Part shown: positions 47,533 to 56,714 of the stretch, piece after piece
Layout of the letters: every line of letters begins with the position of its first letter
Numbering within the stretch: the stretch's first letter is position 1
Virus record (IMG/VR): IMGVR_UViG_3300022602_000028
Length of the DNA stretch: 64,000 nucleotides
Source of the DNA: a virus
Strand: one strand, 5' to 3'
Program-made: the position numbers and the translations under genes
Notes under the pieces: generated by a model
Told to the model about the DNA's origin: nothing
Seen by the model: the letters and a program-made list of their open reading frames with translations, nothing else
Databases searched by the model: none

Positions 47533-48105
47533 ATGCCTGATATTGATATAGATTTTGCAGATCGCAATAAAGCTCTAGACATAATAAAGCATGTCGATGC
47601 GTCTTTGGATGGAACTTTTAAAAAGCACAACACTGGTATATATTGTACTAACATTCCTTATAATCCGCTAACTGGAATAAGTACTATTGATTACAAAACT
47701 GCTGAAGAGCGTGGATATTTTAAATTAGATTTCTTAAATGTTGGCGTATATGAAGGCGTTCGTGATAAACAACATCTTAATAAATTATTGGAGACAGAGC
47801 CCTTATGGGATCTATTACTAGAAGACGATTTCGTGAACAAACTCTTTCACGTCAACGGGCATGGTTCTATATTGAGACAAGTCAAACCTATCTCGATAGA
47901 ACAATTGGCCGCAGTTTTGGCTATGATTCGCCCTGCGAAACGTTATCTGATAGGGAAAGATTGGACTACGATAATGATGGAAGTTTGGACACGTCCGGAC
48001 AATGATGAATACTATTTTAAGAAAGCTCACGCTATTGCCTACGCACACGTGATAGTAGTACAAATGAATTTAATTTGTGAACAGTTAACGGACTTTTCGA
48101 ACTAG
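47533..48105 (+). CDS. dnaE: Minimal DNA polymerase III alpha (family C) catalytic core
   Basis: MPDIDIDF, KHNTG, GYFKLDFL, MIRPA and YFKKAHAIAYA correspond to DnaE PDxDxDF, HAGG, GLxKxDFL, LxRPG and YGFNKSHxxAY. Confidence 0.85.
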   Translation: MPDIDIDFADRNKALDIIKHVDASLDGTFKKHNTGIYCTNIPYNPLTGISTIDYKTAEERGYFKLDFLNVGVYEGVRDKQHLNKLLETEPLWDLLLEDDFVNKLFHVNGHGSILRQVKPISIEQLAAVLAMIRPAKRYLIGKDWTTIMMEVWTRPDNDEYYFKKAHAIAYAHVIVVQMNLICEQLTDFSN

Positions 48106-48459
48106 CTGTACACTTTTACGTTTTACACGTTTCATACTCATATTCATAACATTAACCACAGGGCCTAGAATTATACGAGTATCCTTGCTATTAAATGTTT
48201 TAATGGCATATGAAAACGGATATATTTGTTGCCTACAAAATATATTAATAGGAAATTGACGATTACTTTCCCACCACCAAGTTTCGCCTATTTCTAAAAA
48301 TACAGCTTTTTCTTCGGCAGTTTTAATGGCATTTAAATCATAGAAGCTAGTAACAAACTGATCCTGATTGATTATGATGCCTACATATTCATCATCACCG
48401 TAGTTTAATACGCTAATAAAGGGTAAATTTTGTTCAATGTTGTCTCTTAGTTTTGCCAT
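48085..48459 (-). CDS. Hypothetical protein
   Basis: 124 aa with a basic C-terminus (KRVKRKSVQLVRK). Confidence 0.65.
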   Translation of the reverse strand: MAKLRDNIEQNLPFISVLNYGDDEYVGIIINQDQFVTSFYDLNAIKTAEEKAVFLEIGETWWWESNRQFPINIFCRQQIYPFSYAIKTFNSKDTRIILGPVVNVMNMSMKRVKRKSVQLVRKVR

Positions 48460-48483
48460 AAATATAGTAAAGGATTTGTGCTA

Positions 48484-49584
48484 ATGCAAAAAATTCAAAG
48501 TTATTTATATCCAAACCGTATCATTGTTACCGCTGATTTGGCTGGATTTTCTACGGAGTATAAAAACGTGTATCAGAGAAATATAAAAATATATAAAGGC
48601 ATTAATAACGTCATCGAATTTGATATTAAGAATGCTGATCAAAAACGTATTGATCTTACTACATTATCTCTAATGAGATTAAATGTTATGGACATCAGTG
48701 GCAACGCATTGCCAAATAGTCCATATACCGTAACTCCACTATCTATTTTAACGGCTACTGGGACTGGAGCAACTGTGTATGCTACTACCGGACAATCCAC
48801 CACAACAACTATTACATTACCAACTGCAAATGTAACCGGCGCATTTACAACAAACAGCACACTAACTGTTTCAGCTGGAATTATCGGAACTGTTACTATT
48901 TCGGCAGTAACTCAAGATATCGATTCGGCAACAACTAGTCTTACTGTTAATTTTGCAAATCAAACAATTGCCGGCGCTACTAGTGTATCTCTATCTAGCA
49001 CAACAGAACCGTTAAAAGGTTTAGCCAGTGCTACTATACCTGCCGCTGATACCTCAGGCCTCGACGTTCAATCATTGCGTTATAGCATTACCGCTGTTGA
49101 TTCAAATAGCAATCCATTGCTAATGTATGTGGATAGCAGATTTGGAGCAGTGGGTACTATTGATCTTGCAGGATCTGCAGTTCCAATAACTCGTCCAGCA
49201 CAAGTACTAACTGAATTTACCCAAGATATTAATTATATGGGAACTGTAGTTAATCGTAGCAGTGCTATACCTTGCAAATTTTACGAAGCCGTTCCAACTG
49301 CTACATTAAATTTTTCAATCAACGTAACCGGGTTCCAAGGCCAAATATATTTGGAAGGAACTACAGATATGACTATTGCTGTCAATTCTTTCCTAAATGC
49401 TAGTCAATTATATTCAAATACAATTAGCACTCCAACGACAACTACAGTAACTTGGACAAATGTTCCGGTTAATGATTTTAATTATTTTAGAGTAAGTTGG
49501 ATCAATAGTAGTGTCTACAGTATTACTCCAACTAATCTAAACGGATCTATTGGAACGGTTAATAAGATAACCGTTAGCCATTGA
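48484..49584 (+). CDS. Thr-rich late protein, probably structural
   Basis: TAAATA (48459-48464) plus AAGGA SD favour ATG 48484 (MQKIQSYLYPN); beta/Thr-rich. Confidence 0.55.
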   Translation: MQKIQSYLYPNRIIVTADLAGFSTEYKNVYQRNIKIYKGINNVIEFDIKNADQKRIDLTTLSLMRLNVMDISGNALPNSPYTVTPLSILTATGTGATVYATTGQSTTTTITLPTANVTGAFTTNSTLTVSAGIIGTVTISAVTQDIDSATTSLTVNFANQTIAGATSVSLSSTTEPLKGLASATIPAADTSGLDVQSLRYSITAVDSNSNPLLMYVDSRFGAVGTIDLAGSAVPITRPAQVLTEFTQDINYMGTVVNRSSAIPCKFYEAVPTATLNFSINVTGFQGQIYLEGTTDMTIAVNSFLNASQLYSNTISTPTTTTVTWTNVPVNDFNYFRVSWINSSVYSITPTNLNGSIGTVNKITVSH

Positions 49585-49609
49585 TTTAATTCAGGCAGTC
49601 TGTTATAAT
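49581..49609 (+). promoter_or_regulatory. sigma70-type promoter for the primase operon
   Basis: TTGATT-17nt-TATAAT. Confidence 0.7.
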
Positions 49610-49614
49610 AAGGC

Positions 49615-50586
49615 ATGAGCCTAATTGCGGACACCCTCTTAACATATTTGCCCGGAAAGCGTAAACACACTCCAAGCGGTTGGATTGGGTTTAATGCCGT
49701 GTGTTGCGATGATAAACGCCAACGTGGCGGATTTATTGTTAACGGCGGAGATGCTGTTAGTTATCATTGCTTTAATTGTGGATTCAAATGTAGTTGGCAA
49801 CCTGGCAGACATATCAGTCAAAAGATGAATAAGTTCATGCGGGATTTAAATATTCCCGATGACATCATTGCACAGTTAAGATTAGAAGCACTTAGACTAG
49901 ATGACAATAACACTACAGAAATTCGAAACATAATTCCAAAGTTTGATGTTCGTGCATTGCCCATGGACAGTCAACTGATTACAGACTTATTGTCCGATCC
50001 TCCAGAGAAACTTATACCTGTATTAGAATACATGGTCAATAGAAAAATCTATCCTGAAGATTTTCCTTTCTATTGGACACCCAAAGTTGGATTCAGCAAT
50101 AGACTTATTATTCCATTTTTGTTTAATAATGAAATTGTAGGGTGGACCGCTAGGACTACAGGAGATGCTACACCCAAGTATTTGAGTGAACAACAACCAG
50201 GTTATGTTTTTAATTTAGATAATCAAAAAGATAATCGTGAATTCGTAATTGTTAGCGAAGGTCCGTTTGATGCGCTAAGTATTGATGGCTGTGCATTACT
50301 CGGAGCAGAGATTAAAGACAGCCAAAACTGGTTGTTAAAACAATTAGGCAAAGAGCTTGTCTTAGTTCCTGATAGAGATCACGAAGGTCCTAAAACAGTA
50401 GAGCAAGCAATTGAGTTAGGGTGGAGTGTTAGCATGCCCGCATGGCCTAGTGGTGTTAAAGATATAAATGATGCAATAATTAAGATAGGTCGTCTTGCTA
50501 CACTATGGTTAATTAGAGATGCAACAGAATCTAACGAATTAAAAATTCGTTTAAAAATGAAAAATTGGTTTAAGGATATACAATAA
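49615..50586 (+). CDS. DNA primase (Zn ribbon plus TOPRIM; gp61/DnaG-like)
   Basis: VCCDDK...YHCFNCGF; IVSEGPFDALS; LVPDRD; KDIND. Confidence 0.9.
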   Translation: MSLIADTLLTYLPGKRKHTPSGWIGFNAVCCDDKRQRGGFIVNGGDAVSYHCFNCGFKCSWQPGRHISQKMNKFMRDLNIPDDIIAQLRLEALRLDDNNTTEIRNIIPKFDVRALPMDSQLITDLLSDPPEKLIPVLEYMVNRKIYPEDFPFYWTPKVGFSNRLIIPFLFNNEIVGWTARTTGDATPKYLSEQQPGYVFNLDNQKDNREFVIVSEGPFDALSIDGCALLGAEIKDSQNWLLKQLGKELVLVPDRDHEGPKTVEQAIELGWSVSMPAWPSGVKDINDAIIKIGRLATLWLIRDATESNELKIRLKMKNWFKDIQ

Positions 50587-50999
50587 TGGAAAGTGGATTA
50601 ATTGTACTAGGGATTATAGTATTTCTTGTAATTTTATTTCCATGGCAAGCCGCAGGTTTTTTTGCTGTCGTTGCTATTGCTTGGTATTTACATAACGAAC
50701 ACGAAAAAGCAGAAACTGCCAAACGAGCTGAAGAAGAACGATTAAAACACGAAGCTTATGTAAAAGATTTAATTCGCAGATTTGGAAAAGTCAATGCAGA
50801 TAGAATACTTGTAGGTGATATATGGGTTGGTCAAACACAGGAAATGCTGTTAGAATCTCGTGGACACCCTGGTTATATACAGCAACATCAGCTTAAAACC
50901 AAATACAAAGAAGTTTGGAGTTTTGATCGTGTAGGCAAGGGAAAGTACAGTACAAGCGTAACTTTAGAAAATAACATAGTAACAAGTTATAAAATTTAA
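50586..50999 (+). CDS. Membrane-anchored protein with SmpA/BamE-like C-terminal pattern
   Basis: Two hydrophobic N-terminal segments, then IWVGQTQEMLLESRGHP...EVWSF...VTLENNIVTSY. Confidence 0.5.
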   Translation: MESGLIVLGIIVFLVILFPWQAAGFFAVVAIAWYLHNEHEKAETAKRAEEERLKHEAYVKDLIRRFGKVNADRILVGDIWVGQTQEMLLESRGHPGYIQQHQLKTKYKEVWSFDRVGKGKYSTSVTLENNIVTSYKI

Positions 51000-51008
51000 G
51001 GATATAAA

Positions 51009-51122
51009 ATGAGAAAAATTATTTGGTGGTTAATGACACCTTATCGTAGATATAAAGAAAAAAAATTGTATGAAGCTAGATTAGCAGAATTACGTAAACG
51101 TGATCCATTTATCTACAAATGA
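51009..51122 (+). CDS. 37-aa basic peptide ending RKRDPFIYK (not in the ORF track)
   Basis: MRKIIWWLMTPYRRYKEKKLYEARLAELRKRDPFIYK*; ATGA-coupled to the next gene. Confidence 0.6.
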   Translation: MRKIIWWLMTPYRRYKEKKLYEARLAELRKRDPFIYK

Positions 51123-52063
51123 TACTTTGGGGAATAAACGCTCTTAATCACGGTTCTAGTCTCGCCGTATTCAAAGAGGGTAAACTAGTATCGCAGACTA
51201 CTAGTACAGCTGACATCTTATCAAATGATCAAACTGTAAATGCGTTAAACTATCATGGCGCACCAGATCGTATCTTTTGGTATGAACGTCCGTGGGTTAA
51301 GAAAGCAAGACAACTCTACGCAGGACAATATAAAACTGCATTAGACATGTCTACATTACCTAAACGACATCTAACTCAATTTAAATATGCAAAAGTATCT
51401 TATACTCCTCATCATGCTAGTCACGCTGCCGCTGGCTATTATACAAGTCCATTTAATCATTGCGCGATTGTTGTGCTCGATGCGATCGGAGAATTTGAAT
51501 GTGCTACCATATGGGAAGGGCACCACGGTGAAATGAAAAAAGTGTGGAGTCGTAGTTATCCACATAGTTTGGGATTATTCTATAGTGCATTTACGCAACT
51601 AGTAGGACTTACTCCGATTAAAGATGAATACTTATTGCAAAAGATGGCAGAACAAGGAGACAAGTGGCGCTATTTTAAAGAAGTTAATAGTTACATAAAC
51701 GGCACAGTTAATTTGAATTATAATTTTCACAGAGGTGTGTTAAACTGGCCGTATCCTATTAATAATTTACAAGATCAGTGTGATATAGCGGCCGCAGTAC
51801 AAGATGCATTTGAAGTGCAAATTGGGTTGGTAACGAGCTTGGCAAAAGAATTAACAGGTGCAGACTGTTTGGTTTACATGGGCGGGTGTGCCATGAATAG
51901 CCAGGCAAATAAACGGTATGTTGAACCTATGTTTAAGTATCGTTGGAGCCTTCCTAATCCGGGGGATCCAAGCAGTAGTATAGGTGCAGTACTATATCAT
52001 ACCAAACAGAGAGTATGGGATTACAAGTGGGATCCTGTCAAACACATTGAAATTAAAGTATAA
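51119..52063 (+). CDS. Carbamoyltransferase N-terminal (Kae1-like) domain only
   Basis: HHASHAAAGYY, LDAIGE, SLGLFYS, GGCAMN, PGDPSSSIGA; no GPRALGNRS C-domain. Confidence 0.85.
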   Translation: MILWGINALNHGSSLAVFKEGKLVSQTTSTADILSNDQTVNALNYHGAPDRIFWYERPWVKKARQLYAGQYKTALDMSTLPKRHLTQFKYAKVSYTPHHASHAAAGYYTSPFNHCAIVVLDAIGEFECATIWEGHHGEMKKVWSRSYPHSLGLFYSAFTQLVGLTPIKDEYLLQKMAEQGDKWRYFKEVNSYINGTVNLNYNFHRGVLNWPYPINNLQDQCDIAAAVQDAFEVQIGLVTSLAKELTGADCLVYMGGCAMNSQANKRYVEPMFKYRWSLPNPGDPSSSIGAVLYHTKQRVWDYKWDPVKHIEIKV

Positions 52064-52080
52064 AGATAATATAATAACAC

Positions 52081-53502
52081 ATGGCACAAAATATAAATTA
52101 TGGATATGAAGTACAGAAATTGTACTTGGAAATGATGCTGAGTGACGCAGAAACTTTTGTGCGTTGCCAAAGCATTTTTGATCACACATTGTTTGATCGC
52201 AAATTACAAGACTCTGCTGAATTTATCAACAAGTATGTAGAAGAGTATAGTGTACTACCTACATTTGACATTGTAAACGCGTCAACTAACAGTAATCTAA
52301 AGACACCCGAGGGCGTAAAAGAAGCCAACTACGATTGGGTGTTAAATGATTTTGAAACTTTTATTAGACACAAAGGACTCGAGCGAGCAATCTTAGAATC
52401 AGCAGACTTGTTGGAAAAAGGCGAGTATGGTCCAGTAGAAGAAAAGATTAAAAAAGCAGTACAAGTGGGCTTACAACGTGATATGGGCACTGATTATTTT
52501 GAAGACCCTAGAGCACGTCTTGCACGTATTAAAGACAAGAACGGACAAATATCGACAGGTTGGAAAAGCATTGATGATAAACTATATGGAGGTTTTAATC
52601 GTGGTGAGCTTAATATTTGGGCTGGTGGCTCAGGCGCTGGCAAGAGTCTTTTCTTGGCTAATCTTGGGGTCAACTATGCTCTTGCTGGGCTTAATGTATT
52701 ATATCTCACATTAGAGTTGAGTGAGGATTTGGTCTGTATGCGTATTGATGCAATGACCACTGGAATCCCTACAAGAGAGATTTTTAAGAACTTAGATGAC
52801 GTTGAAATGAAGGTCAAAGTTATTGGTAAAAAGTCGGGAAAATTGCAGGTAAAATACATGCCATCGGGTAAGACTGCCAACGACATTCGTGCGTATATGA
52901 AAGAGTATGAAGTCAAAATGGGACACAAGATCGATGTGTTGCTAGTTGACTACATGGACTTGATTATGCCTTTGAGCAAACGTATCAGTGCTGAAAACTT
53001 GTTCGTCAAAGACAAGTATGTATCGGAAGAATTACGAAATTTAGCAGTGGAAAAGAACTGTGTGTTTGTAACTGCGGCACAGTTGAATCGTGGTGCTGTT
53101 GAAGAAGTTGAGTTTGATCACAGTCATATTTCAGGCGGACTATCCAAGATTCAAACAGCAGATAACGTGTTTGGTATCTTTACAAGTCGTGCTATGCGTG
53201 AGCGTGGACGTTATCAAATTCAGCTGATGAAAACACGTTCGAGTAGTGGTGTTGGTATGAAAATTGATTTGGAATTTAATATTGATACACTACGTATTTC
53301 AGACTTAGATGAACAAGATGGTTATGGATCAGGATCTGCTAGTGCCGGTAGCGTACTGTTAAACAGTATCAAACAAAGACAAACAGTAAATCCAACAACC
53401 GGTGAAATCGCCGACGGAGCTCCTGCACCTAAGATTCATGCTAAAGTAGAAAGTAGTAAACTAAGAGAATTATTAAATAATTTGCCAGGCGATGATATTT
53501 GA
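52081..53502 (+). CDS. gp41: Replicative helicase DnaB/gp41-like
   Basis: STGWKSIDDKLYGG, Walker A GGSGAGKS, LLVDYMD, TAAQLNR, QLMKTR. Confidence 0.93.
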   Translation: MAQNINYGYEVQKLYLEMMLSDAETFVRCQSIFDHTLFDRKLQDSAEFINKYVEEYSVLPTFDIVNASTNSNLKTPEGVKEANYDWVLNDFETFIRHKGLERAILESADLLEKGEYGPVEEKIKKAVQVGLQRDMGTDYFEDPRARLARIKDKNGQISTGWKSIDDKLYGGFNRGELNIWAGGSGAGKSLFLANLGVNYALAGLNVLYLTLELSEDLVCMRIDAMTTGIPTREIFKNLDDVEMKVKVIGKKSGKLQVKYMPSGKTANDIRAYMKEYEVKMGHKIDVLLVDYMDLIMPLSKRISAENLFVKDKYVSEELRNLAVEKNCVFVTAAQLNRGAVEEVEFDHSHISGGLSKIQTADNVFGIFTSRAMRERGRYQIQLMKTRSSSGVGMKIDLEFNIDTLRISDLDEQDGYGSGSASAGSVLLNSIKQRQTVNPTTGEIADGAPAPKIHAKVESSKLRELLNNLPGDDI

Positions 53503-53559
53503 AATTGATGAAATTTCAATCAAAGAGATAAGTACCTATATAATAACCAGGTAGCGACC

Positions 53560-54006
53560 ATGCAATTACATCATATCCGAGACATCAGTGATCCTCTGAC
53601 CAGACTTATCAAGGACGACCCAGTACGTCCACATATTCCTTTAGAACAACGTATCAACGAAGCCGCTGAAATTTTAATTCTTAAAGCAGGAGAAGAAGTA
53701 CTAGCCGCTACTTGTATGCAATGGTTGAGCGACATTCCTTCTACTGAGGAAGATTTAATTAACATGGGTAAAGACCGCAATACCGCAGTATTTTATACTA
53801 TTTGGAGTTACAGTCCTGGAGCTGGTCAGGAGCTAATCAAGCAGGCCGCACGTTGGATTTTGGACGAGTACAAGGAAGTTAAAAACATTGTAACGCTAAG
53901 TCCTCAGACCCCTATGGCACGCCGTTTTCATTTAAAGAATGGCGCTGAAGTTTACAAAGAAAATTCTACTAGTGTAAACTATCGTTACTACACAAAACAA
54001 GATTAA
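53560..54006 (+). CDS. GNAT-fold protein resembling the malonyl-CoA decarboxylase catalytic domain
   Basis: AVFYTIWSYSPGAGQELI...IVTLSP...RRFHLKNGA; GATAAGTA upstream. Confidence 0.5.
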   Translation: MQLHHIRDISDPLTRLIKDDPVRPHIPLEQRINEAAEILILKAGEEVLAATCMQWLSDIPSTEEDLINMGKDRNTAVFYTIWSYSPGAGQELIKQAARWILDEYKEVKNIVTLSPQTPMARRFHLKNGAEVYKENSTSVNYRYYTKQD

Positions 54007-54548
54007 TAACTGTCTAGCGGTATACTAATATTACCGGCTAGCACTATACGTTCTGTAGATGCTTGGCTCGGAGGAACAGCATGATTCATCCAACCAGGGA
54101 ACATGATCAGCATGCCAGTATTTGGAATAATTTCTTGCTCTATATCTGTTAGCAGTAATGGAGCAATGTTATCTCCAATAGCTTGCAGATAATAAACAAA
54201 ACTGATTTGAGCTTGTCTGTGTTGATGCGTTTTAGTAAAATCTTTTTGATTGTATATAGCGCCCCACATGTCGAATATACTATATTGAAATGGCCCGGGA
54301 ACACCACCTAGCATATTACTCCACGTATCAATAAGATTTGCATTTAAAAAATTAAAAAAATCCTGGTAAGGATCTTGATCTTGGGGCAGTTTTAATCGCC
54401 AGTTGGTCATATAGGCCTGTACATTAGTCTGTCTAGTTTGACTGCCGCCTTCGGCACGAATCATATCAATAGTGGCAATATTGAATGCCATATTGTCATA
54501 CTGATAGATATTAAAAAATTTACTAGTGGGTAAAGTTAATTCTTGCAT
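54003..54548 (-). CDS. Putative 2OG-Fe(II) oxygenase, tandem paralog 3
   Basis: MWGAIY..KD...HQH...ISFVYYL...MFPGWMNHAVP...RIVLAGN. Confidence 0.85.
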   Translation of the reverse strand: MQELTLPTSKFFNIYQYDNMAFNIATIDMIRAEGGSQTRQTNVQAYMTNWRLKLPQDQDPYQDFFNFLNANLIDTWSNMLGGVPGPFQYSIFDMWGAIYNQKDFTKTHQHRQAQISFVYYLQAIGDNIAPLLLTDIEQEIIPNTGMLIMFPGWMNHAVPPSQASTERIVLAGNISIPLDSY

Positions 54549-55111
54549 TACATTGCTATTTCACAGTTACCCGCTAGCACAATGCGCTCGCTACTATCAC
54601 CGGGTTCAAATTTAGGAACGCTATGCCCTAGCCAACTAGGAAACATAATTAGTTGCCCAGTAGCTGGTATAATTTCGTATCCAGTATTATCAAAAACTAA
54701 AGGCGAGTTTTTGCCTGTAGTTTGATCAGCTTGTAGATAATAAACCCAACTGGTTCTACTGGGTCCATGTGTATGATAGTCTGCCCAGTCGCCCTGTTGA
54801 TATATAGCACCCCACATACTGCTAATGCGATATCTTAAAGGTTCTGGAGGAGCAGTTTCACACAATAAATTACCCCAAGCATCTTCTAAACTTTTTTTTA
54901 AGAAACTAAAAAATCTGCTCTGCGGATCAGCATTATGATCTATTTTTAATGCCCAAGTAACCGCGGCTTGAACATTGCTGGGTCGCCTGTTTCTTACAGC
55001 TTCATCTCTAATTATCTTGATCAAAGCTTCATCAGATTCTGGATCATGCACTTGATAAATGTTCACAAAGCGTTTAAGATAAAAATCAATACGGGCGTTT
55101 GGGTCTATCAT
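54548..55111 (-). CDS. Putative 2OG-Fe(II) oxygenase, tandem paralog 2
   Basis: MWGAIY..GD...HTH...SWVYYL...MFPSWLGHSVP...RIVLAGN. Confidence 0.85.
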   Translation of the reverse strand: MIDPNARIDFYLKRFVNIYQVHDPESDEALIKIIRDEAVRNRRPSNVQAAVTWALKIDHNADPQSRFFSFLKKSLEDAWGNLLCETAPPEPLRYRISSMWGAIYQQGDWADYHTHGPSRTSWVYYLQADQTTGKNSPLVFDNTGYEIIPATGQLIMFPSWLGHSVPKFEPGDSSERIVLAGNCEIAM

Positions 55112-55710
55112 AGCATCTCAATGTTGCCAGCTAAAACGATACGATCATTCACGCTGAGTGGTTTGTAAGGAGGCACATGATGTGTAAGCCATCCTGGGCA
55201 CATGACCAGCATGCCGGTCTTGGGTGTAATACTGTAGTCAATTTCATCAAATACCAAAGGACTAGAATCTATAGGATCTGCCATGAGATAATAGACAAAA
55301 CTTATTTGAGTGGGCGCATGACTATGCGATTGAGTATAGTCGCCATCTTTATAAATTGCACCCCACATGTTGGCAAATCTATAGCGTATTTTTTCTTTAG
55401 TAACGCCCGATAGCTTGTGTATGCTTGTGGTCAAACTATTGTTGATAAAGGCAAAAAAATCACTGTAAGGTTCTGCGTTATGATCTAGTTTAAGTATCCA
55501 ATCGGTCATATAGGCTTTAACCACAGTTTCTCTAGTAAGAGTACCGCCTTCTTCTCTGATAGCTCGTATGATAGCTTCATTGCAGGCCTTGTTGTCGTAT
55601 TGATAAATGTTGATAAATCTAGTCATGTTAAATGTAACACGACGAATTGGTTCTGGTTGCAAGGCTTTAATCTTATTATATGCTAGCGGAGTAAGAGGTA
55701 TCTTAGGCAT
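55108..55710 (-). CDS. Putative 2OG-Fe(II) oxygenase, tandem paralog 1
   Basis: MWGAIY..GD...HSH...ISFVYYL...CPGWLTHHVP...RIVLAGN. Confidence 0.85.
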   Translation of the reverse strand: MPKIPLTPLAYNKIKALQPEPIRRVTFNMTRFINIYQYDNKACNEAIIRAIREEGGTLTRETVVKAYMTDWILKLDHNAEPYSDFFAFINNSLTTSIHKLSGVTKEKIRYRFANMWGAIYKDGDYTQSHSHAPTQISFVYYLMADPIDSSPLVFDEIDYSITPKTGMLVMCPGWLTHHVPPYKPLSVNDRIVLAGNIEML

Positions 55711-56398
55711 GATGTTCTTGATATCTATGTTTTAATACAGTGTATATATCTTGTGCCCACTGCTTGTGAGCGGATTCCGGATAGTGTCCGTACTTTTGGC
55801 AAGGAGCATATTGGTCCATGTGATTAGTCCATAAACTTCCCCAGGGCATTAGGTTAGTCATGTGATCTATATCAACATGATATCTCTTGGGAAGCCCACT
55901 GAGGGGAAATGGTTCTATATGAAAGAAACAAAAATCGATATTGCGCAGTCTAAAAAATCCATTTAGTGTATGTTGGTTTATCATCCAAGTTAGTACAGTT
56001 TTAGGATCTCTACTTAGATGATTAACATAAGATTCTCTGACTTGTTTGTTTATATGGGGTTTGGTAATTTCGTAAGGATTTAATAAACTTTGCTCTTCGA
56101 CATTTTCAGGATTAATATAAACTACTCTATTCCATTTGGTCCATTGTACTATGCACAAGGTGTTCAAGTGCGGGGGAATTTTAGTCAAGGTATGATGCAC
56201 TAGTTCGTGATAAATGTTATCATTGCTGTTGCCATTAACAGCAAGATTATCCACACGCTTGACACCTAGTATTTGGCCCAAGTGAGCGGCCCAGCTGTGA
56301 TTAGGGTTTTCGGGATTATTAGTATCGCCGTCTATTATAGTTTCAGCACCAAACGTGTGACTACACCCGTTAACTAAAAGTATATCGTATTGTCTCAT
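55703..56398 (-). CDS. SGNH/GDSL hydrolase-like protein
   Basis: LVNGCSHTFG, NLAVNGNSND, IVQWT, YGHYPESAHKQWA. Confidence 0.7.
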   Translation of the reverse strand: MRQYDILLVNGCSHTFGAETIIDGDTNNPENPNHSWAAHLGQILGVKRVDNLAVNGNSNDNIYHELVHHTLTKIPPHLNTLCIVQWTKWNRVVYINPENVEEQSLLNPYEITKPHINKQVRESYVNHLSRDPKTVLTWMINQHTLNGFFRLRNIDFCFFHIEPFPLSGLPKRYHVDIDHMTNLMPWGSLWTNHMDQYAPCQKYGHYPESAHKQWAQDIYTVLKHRYQEHHA

Positions 56399-56402
56399 GG
56401 AA

Positions 56403-56449
56403 TATTTATAAATCGGTGTCGAACCAAAATTATTATTAGACTATAAATA
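56403..56449. promoter_or_regulatory. Divergent pair of exact TATAAATA late promoters
   Basis: Minus-strand TATAAATA at 56403-56410, 4 nt before ATG 56398; plus-strand TATAAATA at 56442-56449, 4 nt before ATG 56454. Confidence 0.75.
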
Positions 56450-56453
56450 TTTA

Positions 56454-56714
56454 ATGCCACAGCACATGCCACTATGGGATTATGCTCCTTGCTTGCACGA
56501 TTTCGATTATCTTGCAGATGTAGACTGGCCGCATCGGACATTGGAACAAATTGATTGGATTGATGGAATTGTGCAGATTGAACAGTGGCTACTACAATAT
56601 ACAGGGCCCAAATACAGTAGATGGACTTGGGCCACTGCTCGCGAAGTTTATCACGTTGGTGTAGCGTTTAAGTACGATCGACACCGCACTTTATTTTTAC
56701 TACACTGGACTTAG
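56454..56714 (+). CDS. Trp-rich hypothetical protein
   Basis: 86 aa directly after a late promoter. Confidence 0.6.
   Translation: MPQHMPLWDYAPCLHDFDYLADVDWPHRTLEQIDWIDGIVQIEQWLLQYTGPKYSRWTWATAREVYHVGVAFKYDRHRTLFLLHWT

Noticed and set aside
33581-53502. Inteins or group I introns in terminase, UvsX, UvsW, primase or helicase
   Set aside because: Lengths match uninterrupted homologs, and no C/S...HN splice motifs or LAGLIDADG blocks were seen.
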